From a bacterium (GTDB lineage Bacteria; UBA8248; JACPRG01; G963555815), in the NCBI GenBank assembly GCA_965261595.1, contig CBDHDG010000006.1:608001-672000 (forward strand): a stretch of 64,000 bases of DNA, in the 5' to 3' direction. The number at the start of each line of letters is the position of its first letter. Position 1 is the first letter of the stretch. Shown one piece after another: positions 28,574-38,518 of this stretch. Under the pieces are notes generated by a model. The model searched no databases. It was not told where the DNA came from and worked only from the letters and a program-made list of their open reading frames with translations. The translations under genes and the position numbers were made by a program.

Positions 28574-30097
28574 ATGACGCTCCAGGAAGTCCTGGAAAGA
28601 ACCGCGTGGAGGGTGGGGTCCAAGACCTTCCTGTATTGCGACGATGAAGAAATCACGTACGAGGCCGCGGTCGAGCGGAGCCGGAAAATAGCCGGGGCGC
28701 TGGCTTCCTTCGGGGTCCGGAAAGGGGACCGGGTGGGGTTTCATTCGGTCAACTCCATCGACTTCGCCCTGGCGATGTACGGATGCTGGAACCTGGGCGC
28801 CATCGCCGCCCTGATCGACCCCCGCAACGGGCCGACGCTGGATTACTACGTCAACGACGCGGACCCCCGGGTCCTCCTCTTCAGCCGGGGGCTGGCCGGG
28901 CAGGTGGAGCGGAAACGGAAAGAGATGAAGGGCGTCCGGCGCTTTGTCTGCTTCGACGGGCCGGGAAAGGGGGTCCGGGGCGCGGTGGGCTGGAGGCAGC
29001 TCGTCCGGGCCTCCAAGCCGGTGCGCAAAGACGTGAAGGACACGGACCCCTGCCACCTCTCCTGGACCTCCGGGAGCACGGGACTCCCCAAGGGCGCCGT
29101 CCTGGCCCACGAGCCGACGGCCACGGCCACGTCCTGCATCGCCGAGCGCATTCATCTGCGCCAGGACGAGGCGACCCTCGGGCCGACGGGCCTCAGCTCC
29201 TCCTATCACCTGGTGGCGAACCTGCTGCCCGGCGCGGCGCGCGGCTGCACCGTCGGGTTCATGTCCGTTTTCGATCAGACCGAGGCCTGGAAGATCATCC
29301 GCAAGCGGAAGGTGAATGTCTTTGTCGCCAACCCCCTGCTTCTGACCGATCTCTACAACGAGTGGCGCGACAAGAAGCTCAACAAGGGGACCCTGCGCAT
29401 CACGGTTTCGGGCGGAGGGCCCGTCCCGCCCGACCTGAAACGGGTCTATCAGGAAAAGATGAAGGTCCCGCTGGTGGAGAGTTTCGGCCAGAGCGAGCTC
29501 GGCGGGTTCGTGGCGCTGGGAGACCCGGCGCCGTACAGCCGGAAACATTTCTCGGCCATCGGCCGGCCCCTGCCGGACAAGGAAGTCATCATCGGCGACG
29601 AGAACGACAAAGAGCTGCCCATCGGCCGGGTCGGCGAGATCCTGATCCGGCGCGGGTTCATGTGGGGTTACTGGCGGCGGGACACCGCGACGAGAAAGGC
29701 CCTCAAGAACGGGTGGCTTCACACCGGAGACGTGGGCAGAATGGACGAAGACGGGTTCGTCTTTCTCATGGCGCGGAAGAGCGAGCAGATCCGCTGGGGC
29801 AAGAAAACCGTTTATCCCCGCGTCGTGGAAGAGGCCCTCTACTTCAACCCGGCCGTTCAGTACTCGGCCCTGATTCCGGTCCGCGATCGGAAAATGGGGG
29901 AGATCCCCAAAGCCATCGTCTCCCTCTATCCGAGGAAAAAGACGACGGAAAAGGCGCTGCGCGAAACCGTCCGGAAGCGCCTCGGCGCCGGGGAGATCCC
30001 CCCCGTGTTCGAGATCCTGGACGAGATGCCCATGACCGTAACCGGGAAGATCAACAAGACCGCCCTTCGGGAGCGGGAGCGGAAGCTCAAGAAATAG
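28574..30097 (+). CDS. AMP-dependent synthetase / acyl-CoA ligase
   Basis: WTSGSTGLPKG, FGQSE, WLHTGDVG, TVTGKINK. Confidence 0.92.
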   Translation: MTLQEVLERTAWRVGSKTFLYCDDEEITYEAAVERSRKIAGALASFGVRKGDRVGFHSVNSIDFALAMYGCWNLGAIAALIDPRNGPTLDYYVNDADPRVLLFSRGLAGQVERKRKEMKGVRRFVCFDGPGKGVRGAVGWRQLVRASKPVRKDVKDTDPCHLSWTSGSTGLPKGAVLAHEPTATATSCIAERIHLRQDEATLGPTGLSSSYHLVANLLPGAARGCTVGFMSVFDQTEAWKIIRKRKVNVFVANPLLLTDLYNEWRDKKLNKGTLRITVSGGGPVPPDLKRVYQEKMKVPLVESFGQSELGGFVALGDPAPYSRKHFSAIGRPLPDKEVIIGDENDKELPIGRVGEILIRRGFMWGYWRRDTATRKALKNGWLHTGDVGRMDEDGFVFLMARKSEQIRWGKKTVYPRVVEEALYFNPAVQYSALIPVRDRKMGEIPKAIVSLYPRKKTTEKALRETVRKRLGAGEIPPVFEILDEMPMTVTGKINKTALRERERKLKK

Positions 30098-30310
30098 TTT
30101 CGCCCGGGGAGAGCCCGGCGTTTTTCAGATTCAGTCCCCGCCGCCGCGTACGGTTTCCGGGTTGATGGCCCCGGAGGCGCCTTGCCGCGCGGCCGCGGAT
30201 CACGGGGCGGATGACCCGTTCGCGGGAGTCATGCTCATCCCCCCGCCATTTCCACGCCCCGCGGCCTAACCCGTCCGGGACCACGGGCGCGATCACCCAA
30301 GGAGCATGCC

Positions 30311-31420
30311 ATGGCCAAGATTGCCGTCATGGGCGGGGGCGGGGGCGGGCAGACCATCGCCGCCGATCTGACACTGGACGGCCACTCCGTCCGACTCTTC
30401 GAGCATCCCAAATTCGCCGCCGGCCTTGCCGCCGTCCGCAAAAAGGGCGGGATCACCGCCTCGGGAAGCGGGCGGGACCGGGACTTCGCGAAGATCCACC
30501 TCGTAACCACCGATGCGAAACGGGCCGTCCGGGGCGCGGACGCGATCATCGTCGTCGTCCCCTGCTTCGGCCACGGGCCCATGAGCGAGGCCATCCTCCC
30601 TCACCTCTCGGACGGCCAGACCGTGGCCTTCCTCGGCGAAGGGAGCGGTTCTCTCGTCTTCCGGCAAATGCTCCTGAAGAAGCGGAAGCGCCTGAAGATC
30701 GTCTACGGCGAGACGAACACCCTGCCCTACCTGACCCGGATCAGCGGGCCGGCCCAGGTTACGTTGATGCGCAAGCGCGGCGGCACGCTGGCCGCGGCCT
30801 TCCCGGCGAAGGACAACAAGCGTTTCGTCGGAACCCTCCAGGAGCTCTGGCCGTACATCGAGCCGGCGACGCACGTCTTCGAGACCGTCCTGATCAACTT
30901 TAACGCCATCGATCACGTCTCGGCCTGCCTGTTCAACGCGGGCGCCATCGAGGGGGGGACCACGCCCTTCCTCCTCTGGGGGCAGGGGGCGACGCCGTCC
31001 GTGGTGCGCTGCATCGAGGCCGTCGACGAGGAGACCCTCGCGCTGCGCAAGGCCCTGGGCTGCAAGGATTTCTCCACGTACAAGGATTTCCTCTACCGCC
31101 AGGGGATGGTCGAGAACCGGCAGCGAACGACGTATGACGCCATCCACAAGGGTTTGGGCGGCAAGGGCACTTACCAGTGCGGGCCGGAGGGCCTGAAGTT
31201 CCGCTACGTCACCGAGGACGTGCCGTACGCCCTGGTCCTCCTCAGCGACATCGGCGGGCTGCTGGGGATCCCGACGCCGATGAACGACGCCCTCATCACC
31301 GTCGCCTCCGTGATGAACGGGGACGATTACCGGAGCTGGGGCCGGACGCTGAAGTCCCTCGGCCTGGACCGGCTGACGAAGCGGAACGTCCGGGGGTTCC
31401 TCCGGACGGGCGAGATCTGA
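30311..31420 (+). CDS. NAD/NADP opine (octopine/nopaline) dehydrogenase-family protein
   Basis: Rossmann GGGGGG, ETNTLPY, RYVTEDVPYAL, GRTLKSLGL. Confidence 0.88.
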   Translation: MAKIAVMGGGGGGQTIAADLTLDGHSVRLFEHPKFAAGLAAVRKKGGITASGSGRDRDFAKIHLVTTDAKRAVRGADAIIVVVPCFGHGPMSEAILPHLSDGQTVAFLGEGSGSLVFRQMLLKKRKRLKIVYGETNTLPYLTRISGPAQVTLMRKRGGTLAAAFPAKDNKRFVGTLQELWPYIEPATHVFETVLINFNAIDHVSACLFNAGAIEGGTTPFLLWGQGATPSVVRCIEAVDEETLALRKALGCKDFSTYKDFLYRQGMVENRQRTTYDAIHKGLGGKGTYQCGPEGLKFRYVTEDVPYALVLLSDIGGLLGIPTPMNDALITVASVMNGDDYRSWGRTLKSLGLDRLTKRNVRGFLRTGEI

Positions 31421-31462
31421 TTCCGGCCGGGAAACTTCCCGATTCCGCAAGGGAGATCAACT

Positions 31463-32464
31463 GTGCTTTTTGGATTCAGCTTCTGGGTGGACCGCGACGC
31501 CCGGGAGGTCGCCGACCTCGTCGTCGCCGCCGAAGGGGCGGGGTTCGACTTCGCTTGGTTTCCGGACCACTACTTCCTCCGCGAGGTCTACGCCGTCCAG
31601 GCCCTGGCCGCGGCCAAAACGAGCCGGATCAAGCTGGCCACGGGCGTCACCAGCCCCTACCTGCGCCATCCGGCCCTCCTGGCTTCCGCCACCGCCACCC
31701 TGGATGAATTCTCCGGCGGGCGGGCGGTTCTGGGGATCGGGGCCGGCGGGTTCGAGTTCGCCACCCAGCTCGGCATCCACTGGAAACGCCCCCTCACGGG
31801 CTGCCGGGAGAGCGTCGAGATCATCCGCCGTCTGTTCCGCGGGGAGCAGGTCGACTTTCAAGGGAAAGAGTTCAGCGTCCGGGGCGCGAGCCTCCCCTTC
31901 GGGGGGCCCTTCGACATCCCCATCTACTACGCCGCCCGCGGGACGAAGATGCTCGAGTTGTCGGGCAAAAACGGCGACGGCGTTATCACCCACAGCGTCA
32001 CGCGGGAATTCGCCCGGCACGCCTCGGAGGTGGTCGCCCGCTCCGCTCGGGCGGCGGGACGGGATGGAAAGGACGTCGACCTCGCGATACAGGCGCACCT
32101 GGCGATCACCGACGACGCGGCCGGGGCCGTCGAGAGCCTCAAGCGGGCCTGCCTCATGATGGCCGGCGGGGAATACTCTCTCGATCTGGTTCCGAAGTAC
32201 GGCCTGACGCTGGAAGAAGTCAATCCACTGCGCGAGATGGTCCGCTCGGGCGACCTCGATAAGGCCGAGGGGCTCGTCACGGAAAGGATGGTGCGGGCCT
32301 TCTCCGTCATCGGAACGGCGGAGGAATGCGTGTCCCAGGTCCGCGAGATGGCCGATGCCGGAGTTACTCACCTCATCGTTTCAAGCGGCGGGAAGTGGTC
32401 GAACGAGGAGATCCTGGAGAACATCCGCCGCATCGGAAAGCACATCATCCCGCGCTTTCGGTGA
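31463..32464 (+). CDS. LLM-class (luciferase-like, Mer-like) flavin/F420-dependent oxidoreductase
   Basis: AEGAGFDFAWFPDH, TSRIKLATGVTSPYLRHP, LDEFSGGRAVLGIGAG. Confidence 0.88.
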   Translation: MLFGFSFWVDRDAREVADLVVAAEGAGFDFAWFPDHYFLREVYAVQALAAAKTSRIKLATGVTSPYLRHPALLASATATLDEFSGGRAVLGIGAGGFEFATQLGIHWKRPLTGCRESVEIIRRLFRGEQVDFQGKEFSVRGASLPFGGPFDIPIYYAARGTKMLELSGKNGDGVITHSVTREFARHASEVVARSARAAGRDGKDVDLAIQAHLAITDDAAGAVESLKRACLMMAGGEYSLDLVPKYGLTLEEVNPLREMVRSGDLDKAEGLVTERMVRAFSVIGTAEECVSQVREMADAGVTHLIVSSGGKWSNEEILENIRRIGKHIIPRFR

Positions 32465-32516
32465 TCCGGAAGCAAAGTCCGATCATTCTCAACAATGAAG
32501 GGGGGGGGACGACTCC

Positions 32517-33917
32517 GTGACCGTAACCGAAGCGGCCGGGATCCGCGACCTCCGGTCGAGCCTGGAAATCCTCGAACGGGGCGGCCGGCTCCACCGGATC
32601 GACCGGGCGGTCGACCTGGACCGCGAGCTGGGAACGGTGGCCTTCGAGGTGGAAAAACGCGGGATCGGCGCGGTCCTTTTCAACCAACCCGCCCGCGACC
32701 CTTCCGGCCCCTACCACCCCGACGCCGCCGGCATCCCCGTCGTCGCCGGCGTTCTCAGCCACACCGAACAGGTGGGCCTCATCCTGGGGTGCGCGACGGA
32801 CGATGTGGTGACCCGCCTCGCCTCGGCCATGGAGCGGCCACTCCGGCCCGTGGAGAGGAAGGACGCCCCTTTCCTGGAAAACGTCCTGCGCGACGAAGCC
32901 GACCTCAACCGTCTTCCCATCCCCCGGCACACGGAGAAAGACGGCGGGGACCGGGACGGGCGGTTCATCAGCGGCGGCGTGGTCTTCGCCCGGGACCCCG
33001 AGACCGGCCAGGCCAACGCCTCCTTCCAGCGCTTCCAGCTTCAGGGCGCGCGCCGCACCGGGATCCAGATCAACAACTGGCGGCACCTCCTGACCTTTTA
33101 CGAAAAGGCCGAGGCCCGAAACGAGGCCCTGCCCATCGCCATCGCCCTGGGGACGGACCCGGTGGTGTCCATCGCGGCGGGGATCCGGACCGAGATCGAC
33201 GAAATGGAGTACGCCGGATCGCTGCGGGGCCGGCCGATGGAGATGACGCTCGCCCCGGCGACGGGCATTCCCGTCCCCTCGGAGACGGAGATCGTCATCG
33301 AAGGGGAGATCCCGCCGCACCACCGGGAGGCCGAAGGCCCCCTCGCCGAATTCACCGGCCATTACAGCGGGGTCTACCAGGCGCCCGTCTTCGAGGTGAG
33401 CGCGGTCTCCCACCGGACGAACCCCATCTTCCAAACCATCGTCCCGGCCTCCCTGGAGCACCGGAACCTGGGCGGCTCGCTTCCCCGGGAGCCCGTCCTC
33501 TACAAGTTTGTCAAGCACGTCGCGCCGAACGTCCGGAACGTCCACCTGCCGCCTTACGCGAGCGGGTTCATGGCGGTCATCTCGCTGAAACCGGAGCATC
33601 CCGGCCAGCCCAAGAACGTGGCCCTGGCCGCTATGACCAGCCACGTGAACATCAAGGTCGTCGTCGTGGTCGATCAGGACGTGGACATCTTCAACCCGAT
33701 GGAAATCCTCTGGTGCCTGTCCACCCGCGTGGACGCCCGCCGGGACCTGTTCACCGTGCCGTATTCGCAGGGACACGAGATGGACCCCTCGACCGAGGCC
33801 GGGGGGATCGCGACGAAGGTGGGGATCGACGCCACGCTCAACCCGCGCGGCCGGGAATCCCTGGAAAAGGTCACGTATCCGCCGATCGACCTGTCGAAGT
33901 ACTTGGGAGGTTCTTAA
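32517..33917 (+). CDS. UbiD-family (prFMN) decarboxylase
   Basis: LPIPRHTEKDGG, EIVIEG, EGPLAEFTGHY, VVVVDQDVDI, KVGIDAT. Confidence 0.92.
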   Translation: MTVTEAAGIRDLRSSLEILERGGRLHRIDRAVDLDRELGTVAFEVEKRGIGAVLFNQPARDPSGPYHPDAAGIPVVAGVLSHTEQVGLILGCATDDVVTRLASAMERPLRPVERKDAPFLENVLRDEADLNRLPIPRHTEKDGGDRDGRFISGGVVFARDPETGQANASFQRFQLQGARRTGIQINNWRHLLTFYEKAEARNEALPIAIALGTDPVVSIAAGIRTEIDEMEYAGSLRGRPMEMTLAPATGIPVPSETEIVIEGEIPPHHREAEGPLAEFTGHYSGVYQAPVFEVSAVSHRTNPIFQTIVPASLEHRNLGGSLPREPVLYKFVKHVAPNVRNVHLPPYASGFMAVISLKPEHPGQPKNVALAAMTSHVNIKVVVVVDQDVDIFNPMEILWCLSTRVDARRDLFTVPYSQGHEMDPSTEAGGIATKVGIDATLNPRGRESLEKVTYPPIDLSKYLGGS

Positions 33918-33967
33918 ACGTCACCACCTCTGGGGGGCTTCTTGAAAGACGCCCCCCACACTCCCTG

Positions 33968-34020
33968 GTAGGGCGGGCTTCCAGCCCGCCATCCGATGGC
34001 GGCCAAGATGGCCGCCCTAC
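33968..34020. repeat. GTAG-type REP doublet
   Basis: GTAGGGCGGGCTTCCAGCCCGCC...GGCGGCCAAGATGGCCGCCCTAC. Confidence 0.8.
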
Positions 34021-34187
34021 CACTTGGTCAAGCCTAAAGGCTTGGCCGAAGCGCGACTGTGGGCGAAACGGCTGACTATCGGCCTTGCCGCGCGGGACGC
34101 TTCTTTGGCCGTCCTCCGAGGGACGGGATGAAGGGTCCACCGACCCGATGGAAGCGCCCCCCGCTTTCCTCCGCACAGGAGCATTCC

Positions 34188-35537
34188 ATGGAAGCCGTTG
34201 ACGTTCTGATTCGCGACGGGATTGTGGTCACACTGGACGACCAAGACAACATCCTTCGCGGCTCCGTGGCTGTCCGGGACGACCGGATCGTCGCGGTCGG
34301 AACCACCGAGGAGCAGGACGCGGCGGTGGAAGCCGGGAAGACCCTGGACGCCCGCGAGCGAATCGTCCTGCCCGGCCTCATCGACATGCACAACCACCTC
34401 CGGGACCTGGCGCCCGGCCTCTCCATCGGGCAGGGGCTCAAGCTGGACGACTACCTCCGGGCCGGCTGGGAGATGCAGCAACACCTGACCGCGGAGGACT
34501 ACCATCTCGGGGCGACGCTGGGGGCTGTCCGGCTGCTCAAGGCCGGCGTCACCACCGTCGTGGACCACTGCTATCCCTTCCACCTGCCGGGGCTGGAGGA
34601 GGCGGTCCTGCGGGCCTTCGGCGACACCGGCATCCGGGGGTGCCTGGCCCGGGGGATCATGACCAAGCCCTTCGAGCCCATCTGCGAGACGCGCGAGGAG
34701 GCCCTGAACCGCATCCGCCGGCTGGTCGATGACGGGAAGGTCCCGGCCGAGCGGCTCTTCATCGCGCCCGTCTCCTTCCGCCAAGCTCTCCCCGACGACT
34801 ACCGGGAGGCCAGAAAGCTGGCCGACGAGCTGGGCGTCGGGACGTACACCCACATCGCCGAGACCACGCAGGAGGTCGAGGGCATCATCAAGGAATACGG
34901 CGAGCGCCCCATTCACTTCCTACACGAATTGGGCTTCTCCGGACCCGGGACCGTCCTCGTCCACTGCGTCCTGCTGGACGACTCGGAGATCGAGCGCCTG
35001 GCGGAGACCCGGACGACCGTCGTCCACTGTCCCTCGAACCACATGAAGCTGGCCAAGGGGATCACGCGCGTGCCGGACCTGCTGAAGGCCGGGGTGAACA
35101 TGACGCTGGGCGTGGACTTGATGGAGAACCTGTGGGTCGAGATGCGCAACGAGCTTCAGCTTCAGAGCATCGCCAACCTGAACCCCCAGGCCGTCCCCCC
35201 GATGGCCCCGCTGCACATGGCGACGCGCAACGGCGCGCGGGCGTTGGGGATGGAAGGCGAGCTGGGCGTGCTCAAGGCCGGGGCCAAGGCCGACATCACC
35301 ATGGTGGACATCGGCGGCGCCTCCGCCCACCCCTTCATCGACGCCGTGAATCATCTGCTTTGGCGGACCGAAGCGGCCGACGTCAGGACCGTTCTGGTGG
35401 ACGGGAAGATCGTCCTGGACGACGGGAAGCTCCAGACCCTCGACGAGGCCGAGACGCTCGACCGCATCGAAAAAGCCGCCCACGCCTACATCCGCCGGGC
35501 GGGGAAAGAGGGTTTGGTTCCGGATTACGCGCGGTGA
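34188..35537 (+). CDS. Metal-dependent amidohydrolase (MtaD/AtzA/SsnA-like)
   Basis: PGLIDMHNH, THIAE, LVHCV, HCPSNHMKLA, LGVD, MATRNGARALG. Confidence 0.9.
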   Translation: MEAVDVLIRDGIVVTLDDQDNILRGSVAVRDDRIVAVGTTEEQDAAVEAGKTLDARERIVLPGLIDMHNHLRDLAPGLSIGQGLKLDDYLRAGWEMQQHLTAEDYHLGATLGAVRLLKAGVTTVVDHCYPFHLPGLEEAVLRAFGDTGIRGCLARGIMTKPFEPICETREEALNRIRRLVDDGKVPAERLFIAPVSFRQALPDDYREARKLADELGVGTYTHIAETTQEVEGIIKEYGERPIHFLHELGFSGPGTVLVHCVLLDDSEIERLAETRTTVVHCPSNHMKLAKGITRVPDLLKAGVNMTLGVDLMENLWVEMRNELQLQSIANLNPQAVPPMAPLHMATRNGARALGMEGELGVLKAGAKADITMVDIGGASAHPFIDAVNHLLWRTEAADVRTVLVDGKIVLDDGKLQTLDEAETLDRIEKAAHAYIRRAGKEGLVPDYAR

Positions 35538-35538
35538 A
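35452..35538 (+). repeat. 87-bp direct repeat, copy 1 (3' end of the amidohydrolase gene)
   Basis: Matches 37728-37814 at 82 of 87 positions by manual alignment. Confidence 0.92.
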
Positions 35539-35626
35539 TTTCTTTCTGTTTAACAGGGTGTTGTATGATTTCGTGTTAGAATTTATGCGGTGTTGGTTTT
35601 CTAGCCGGTTGCGGAGCGGCTATCCG

Positions 35627-35753
35627 TGTCATTCCGAGTGTAGCGAGGAATCGCGCTCGCTTGAAATTTCTTCCAACCTTCTGCAAAAACAAGGGAGTTC
35701 TGGCTTGAGCAGATTCCTCACTGCGGGTCGGTTGACCTTCGGTCGGAATAACA
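35627..35753. repeat. Degenerate REP-like inverted element
   Basis: TGTCATTCCGAG..GAGGAATC ... GATTCCTC...TCGGAATAACA. Confidence 0.65.
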
Positions 35754-35878
35754 GATTGAGAGTGATTGACGCCCTGCAAGGGGTCTATTGACAGAGTTTT
35801 CCGCAATCTGCCGGGTAGGTTTCTGACAAAAGAACGGTTACGAGAATCGAGCCGGAAACCAGGAAAAAGGATTTCGAA

Positions 35879-36649
35879 TTGCCGAGAAGAGCGGTCACGG
35901 CGAAGGAATTACGCGAATACGTTCGCATAGAACAAGATCCGCGGGAACTCCCGGCTTACGGGATTGCCGAAGCGGCTCACTTTCTCTACATGCCCCCCTC
36001 GACTCTCCGGTATTGGGTCAGAGATCAAAAACACCCGCGTCATCCGAACAGAACAACTTCCAAACCGATTATCATTCTGCCTGATGAGGAATACCCACTC
36101 CTATCCTTCGTCAATTTGGTGGAAGCCCACGTTTTAGACGCATTTCGCCGCGCACATAGGCTGCCGTTACAAACCATGCGCAAGGCCCTCGATTTTTTGG
36201 AAGCCCATTTAAAATCCAAATACCCTTTGGCTGAAGAACAGTTTGAAACTGACGGGATTGATCTTTTCATACACAGGTTTGACCAATTGATTAACCTTTC
36301 CAGAGAAGGTCAGTTGACCATAAAGGGCTTCGTGACATCTTATCTACGCCGAATTGAGCGGGACCCTTCGGGTTTACCCATCAGACTCTACCCGTTCACG
36401 AGAAAGCGGAAACCCGACGAGCAAATGAGAGGACATCTCGAAGGAGAGTTGGAGCCAAAGCTCATTGTGATAGACCCTTCGATTTCGTTCGGCCGGCCGG
36501 TATTGACAGGCACACGGATTCCGACAGCGATCATTGCGGAACGTTGGAAAGCAGGTGAGTCCATCGATGAGCTGGCGAAAGATTATCAGCGTGGGCAAGA
36601 TGAGATAGAAGAAGCAATTCGCTGTGAACACCCCGCCAAAGCCGCCTGA
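35879..36649 (+). CDS. DUF433-domain antitoxin (VapB45-like)
   Basis: N-terminal HTH (YGIAEAAHFL..STLRYW), LSFVNLVEAHVL, IVIDPSISFGRPVLTGTRIPT. Confidence 0.88.
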   Translation: MPRRAVTAKELREYVRIEQDPRELPAYGIAEAAHFLYMPPSTLRYWVRDQKHPRHPNRTTSKPIIILPDEEYPLLSFVNLVEAHVLDAFRRAHRLPLQTMRKALDFLEAHLKSKYPLAEEQFETDGIDLFIHRFDQLINLSREGQLTIKGFVTSYLRRIERDPSGLPIRLYPFTRKRKPDEQMRGHLEGELEPKLIVIDPSISFGRPVLTGTRIPTAIIAERWKAGESIDELAKDYQRGQDEIEEAIRCEHPAKAA

Positions 36650-37058
36650 CCCTCCGATATTCTTTATTGATCATAGCCTCGGAACAATCACGATCGCCGA
36701 TGCCATTCGCGATGCGGGCGAGGAAATCCGCATTCTCAGGGAACACTTCCCTGAAAATATAAGGGATCGCGATCTACTAAAAAAGATCGGTGAAAGAAGA
36801 TGGGTGTTCCTGACAAAGGATGAAAGAATACGGTACAGGAGCGTAGAGCAAGCGGCATTGGTGGAAGCGAGCGTCGGTGCGTTCGTCCTGACATCAGGAA
36901 ACCTCTCGGCATCTGAGATGGCTCATGCATTTGTCAAGGCAATCCCCGCCATGAAGCGCTTCATGAGCCGTATTCCCCCACCGTTCATCGCGAGGGTTAC
37001 GAGAACTGGACGGGTCGAAGCGATTTATCCTGAGAAGAAGTCCAAGCGCCCGACCTGA
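36624..37058 (+). CDS. PIN-like toxin (VapC45-like)
   Basis: FFIDHSLG, D.DLL, WVFLTKDERIRY; GTG start overlaps the DUF433 gene end. Confidence 0.85.
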   Translation: MNTPPKPPDPPIFFIDHSLGTITIADAIRDAGEEIRILREHFPENIRDRDLLKKIGERRWVFLTKDERIRYRSVEQAALVEASVGAFVLTSGNLSASEMAHAFVKAIPAMKRFMSRIPPPFIARVTRTGRVEAIYPEKKSKRPT

Positions 37059-37060
37059 GG

Positions 37061-37159
37061 ACCGGGCTTCTTGTAAAGGTTCCTTTCAAATCCGGAAAGA
37101 CCTTGGCCCCGAAGACCAACACTTCGATCTTAAAGCAGGCTCGAATTGAGAATGTGTAG
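37061..37159 (+). pseudogene. hicA: HicA toxin 3' remnant
   Basis: TGLLVKVPFKSGKTLAPKTNTSILKQARIENV* resembles the HicA C-terminus; lies directly before hicB; no start codon or GSH motif. Confidence 0.65.
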
Positions 37160-37171
37160 GAGAAGAGGAAG

Positions 37172-37681
37172 ATGAGGTATCCGGTCATCCTGGAGCCGGC
37201 GCCCGAAGGCGGATATAGCGTGATGGTTCCCGACCTGCCCGGCTGCTTTTCTCACGGCGACACTTATGAGGAGGCCGTCGATCACGCGAGAGAAGCCATC
37301 GAGCTTCACCTGTTCAGCCTGCAAGAGGAAGGCCTCAAGGCTCCGTCTCCGAGGACGGTCAAAGAGATTCGCGAAAAAGGGAATCCGGAATTCGAGTACG
37401 CCCTTGTGCAAATCGACCTCGCCCGGCTGGGGAAGGGTGTGCGTCGCGTCAAGACCCGCCGGATTCAGGTGACGATGCCGCCTCAGTTGCTGGCCGCCAT
37501 TGAAGAACAACGCCATCAGCGCGGGATGGACCGGAGCAAATGGCTTCAAGAAGCCGCTTGGCTCAGACTAAAAAAGGAAAAATGGACAGGCGCTTTCAAG
37601 AATAAGAAAACCCGTGTTGCCGGCCAGAAGGTCCGCTCAAAGAAAAAGGAGCGATCCGGGACCACCCCCGCAAAGAGCTGA
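37172..37681 (+). CDS. hicB: HicB-family antitoxin with C-terminal RHH
   Basis: YPVILE...GYSVMVPDLPGCFSHGDTYEEA; RIQVTMPPQLLAAIE...RSKWLQEAA. Confidence 0.9.
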   Translation: MRYPVILEPAPEGGYSVMVPDLPGCFSHGDTYEEAVDHAREAIELHLFSLQEEGLKAPSPRTVKEIREKGNPEFEYALVQIDLARLGKGVRRVKTRRIQVTMPPQLLAAIEEQRHQRGMDRSKWLQEAAWLRLKKEKWTGAFKNKKTRVAGQKVRSKKKERSGTTPAKS

Positions 37682-37727
37682 CGGATCCCCGAGCGACAGT
37701 TGTCATAAAGCAGCAGCAACGACATTT

Positions 37728-37814
37728 AGACGCTCGATCGCATCGAAAAAGCCGCCCACGCCTACATCCGCCGGACGGGGAAAGAGGATTTGATCCCGGA
37801 TTACGCGCGGTGAA
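37728..37814 (+). repeat. 87-bp direct repeat, copy 2
   Basis: Duplicate of the amidohydrolase 3' end including the stop codon. Confidence 0.92.
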
Positions 37815-37939
37815 CTTGAAAAGAAACGTTCGCTTGACCCACGTCCCTGAACAAAGGCCGGTCCATTGATTCGCCGGGGCGGAGTCCGGCCGGCTCCGCC
37901 TCCCCGGCTGAGTTCGAGGAGGCGGGACCGGCGGAATTC

Positions 37940-38452
37940 CTACAGACTCCTGCCTCGGTGACCCCACCCCCTCTTTCCTGAAAAACCGCCCGCGTGGCGC
38001 GAAAACATCCGGCGGATGAAGGGCTTGGCCTTTTTTCTTTGCTCGGGGGTCAAGACTTCCCGGATCTGGAAGAAGGCGTCCATCCGGTTGCGGATCATTT
38101 TCTCCGTGGCCTGAGCGATTTGACTGACTTTTCCGTCGACCTTCCCTTTGTCCACCTCATCCTGCGTCAGGAGCTCGGCCAGCTCGATTCCGGCCACCCG
38201 AACGTCCGCGCGTGCTTTGACGGCTTTCTTTCTGGCTTGCGTCATGAGGGCCGCGATTTTGTCGGCCTGCTCGTCCGTGAGGCCGAGCTTCTCGCTCAAC
38301 CGGCTGAAGCGATTTCCGAAACCTCCTCCGCCTCTCCGCCCATAGGCGTTCCGGTAGCCCCGATCCGATTCGGCAAGCGTGACCCGGGCGACGACGCCTC
38401 CGGCGAGCAGGAGCGTCAGGGCCAGGATGATCCATTTTGCGGCTTTCTTCAT
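37940..38452 (-). CDS. Spy/CpxP/ZraP-like periplasmic protein
   Basis: Signal peptide, KLGLTDEQ and VLTPEQ (LTxxQ) motifs. Confidence 0.85.
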   Translation of the reverse strand: MKKAAKWIILALTLLLAGGVVARVTLAESDRGYRNAYGRRGGGGFGNRFSRLSEKLGLTDEQADKIAALMTQARKKAVKARADVRVAGIELAELLTQDEVDKGKVDGKVSQIAQATEKMIRNRMDAFFQIREVLTPEQRKKAKPFIRRMFSRHAGGFSGKRGWGHRGRSL

Positions 38453-38518
38453 TGTTTGCTTTTCCTTCCAGTCCATGGGTGAATAAGGTTGTCGCAGGGT
38501 GGAACCGACGCGCCGGTG

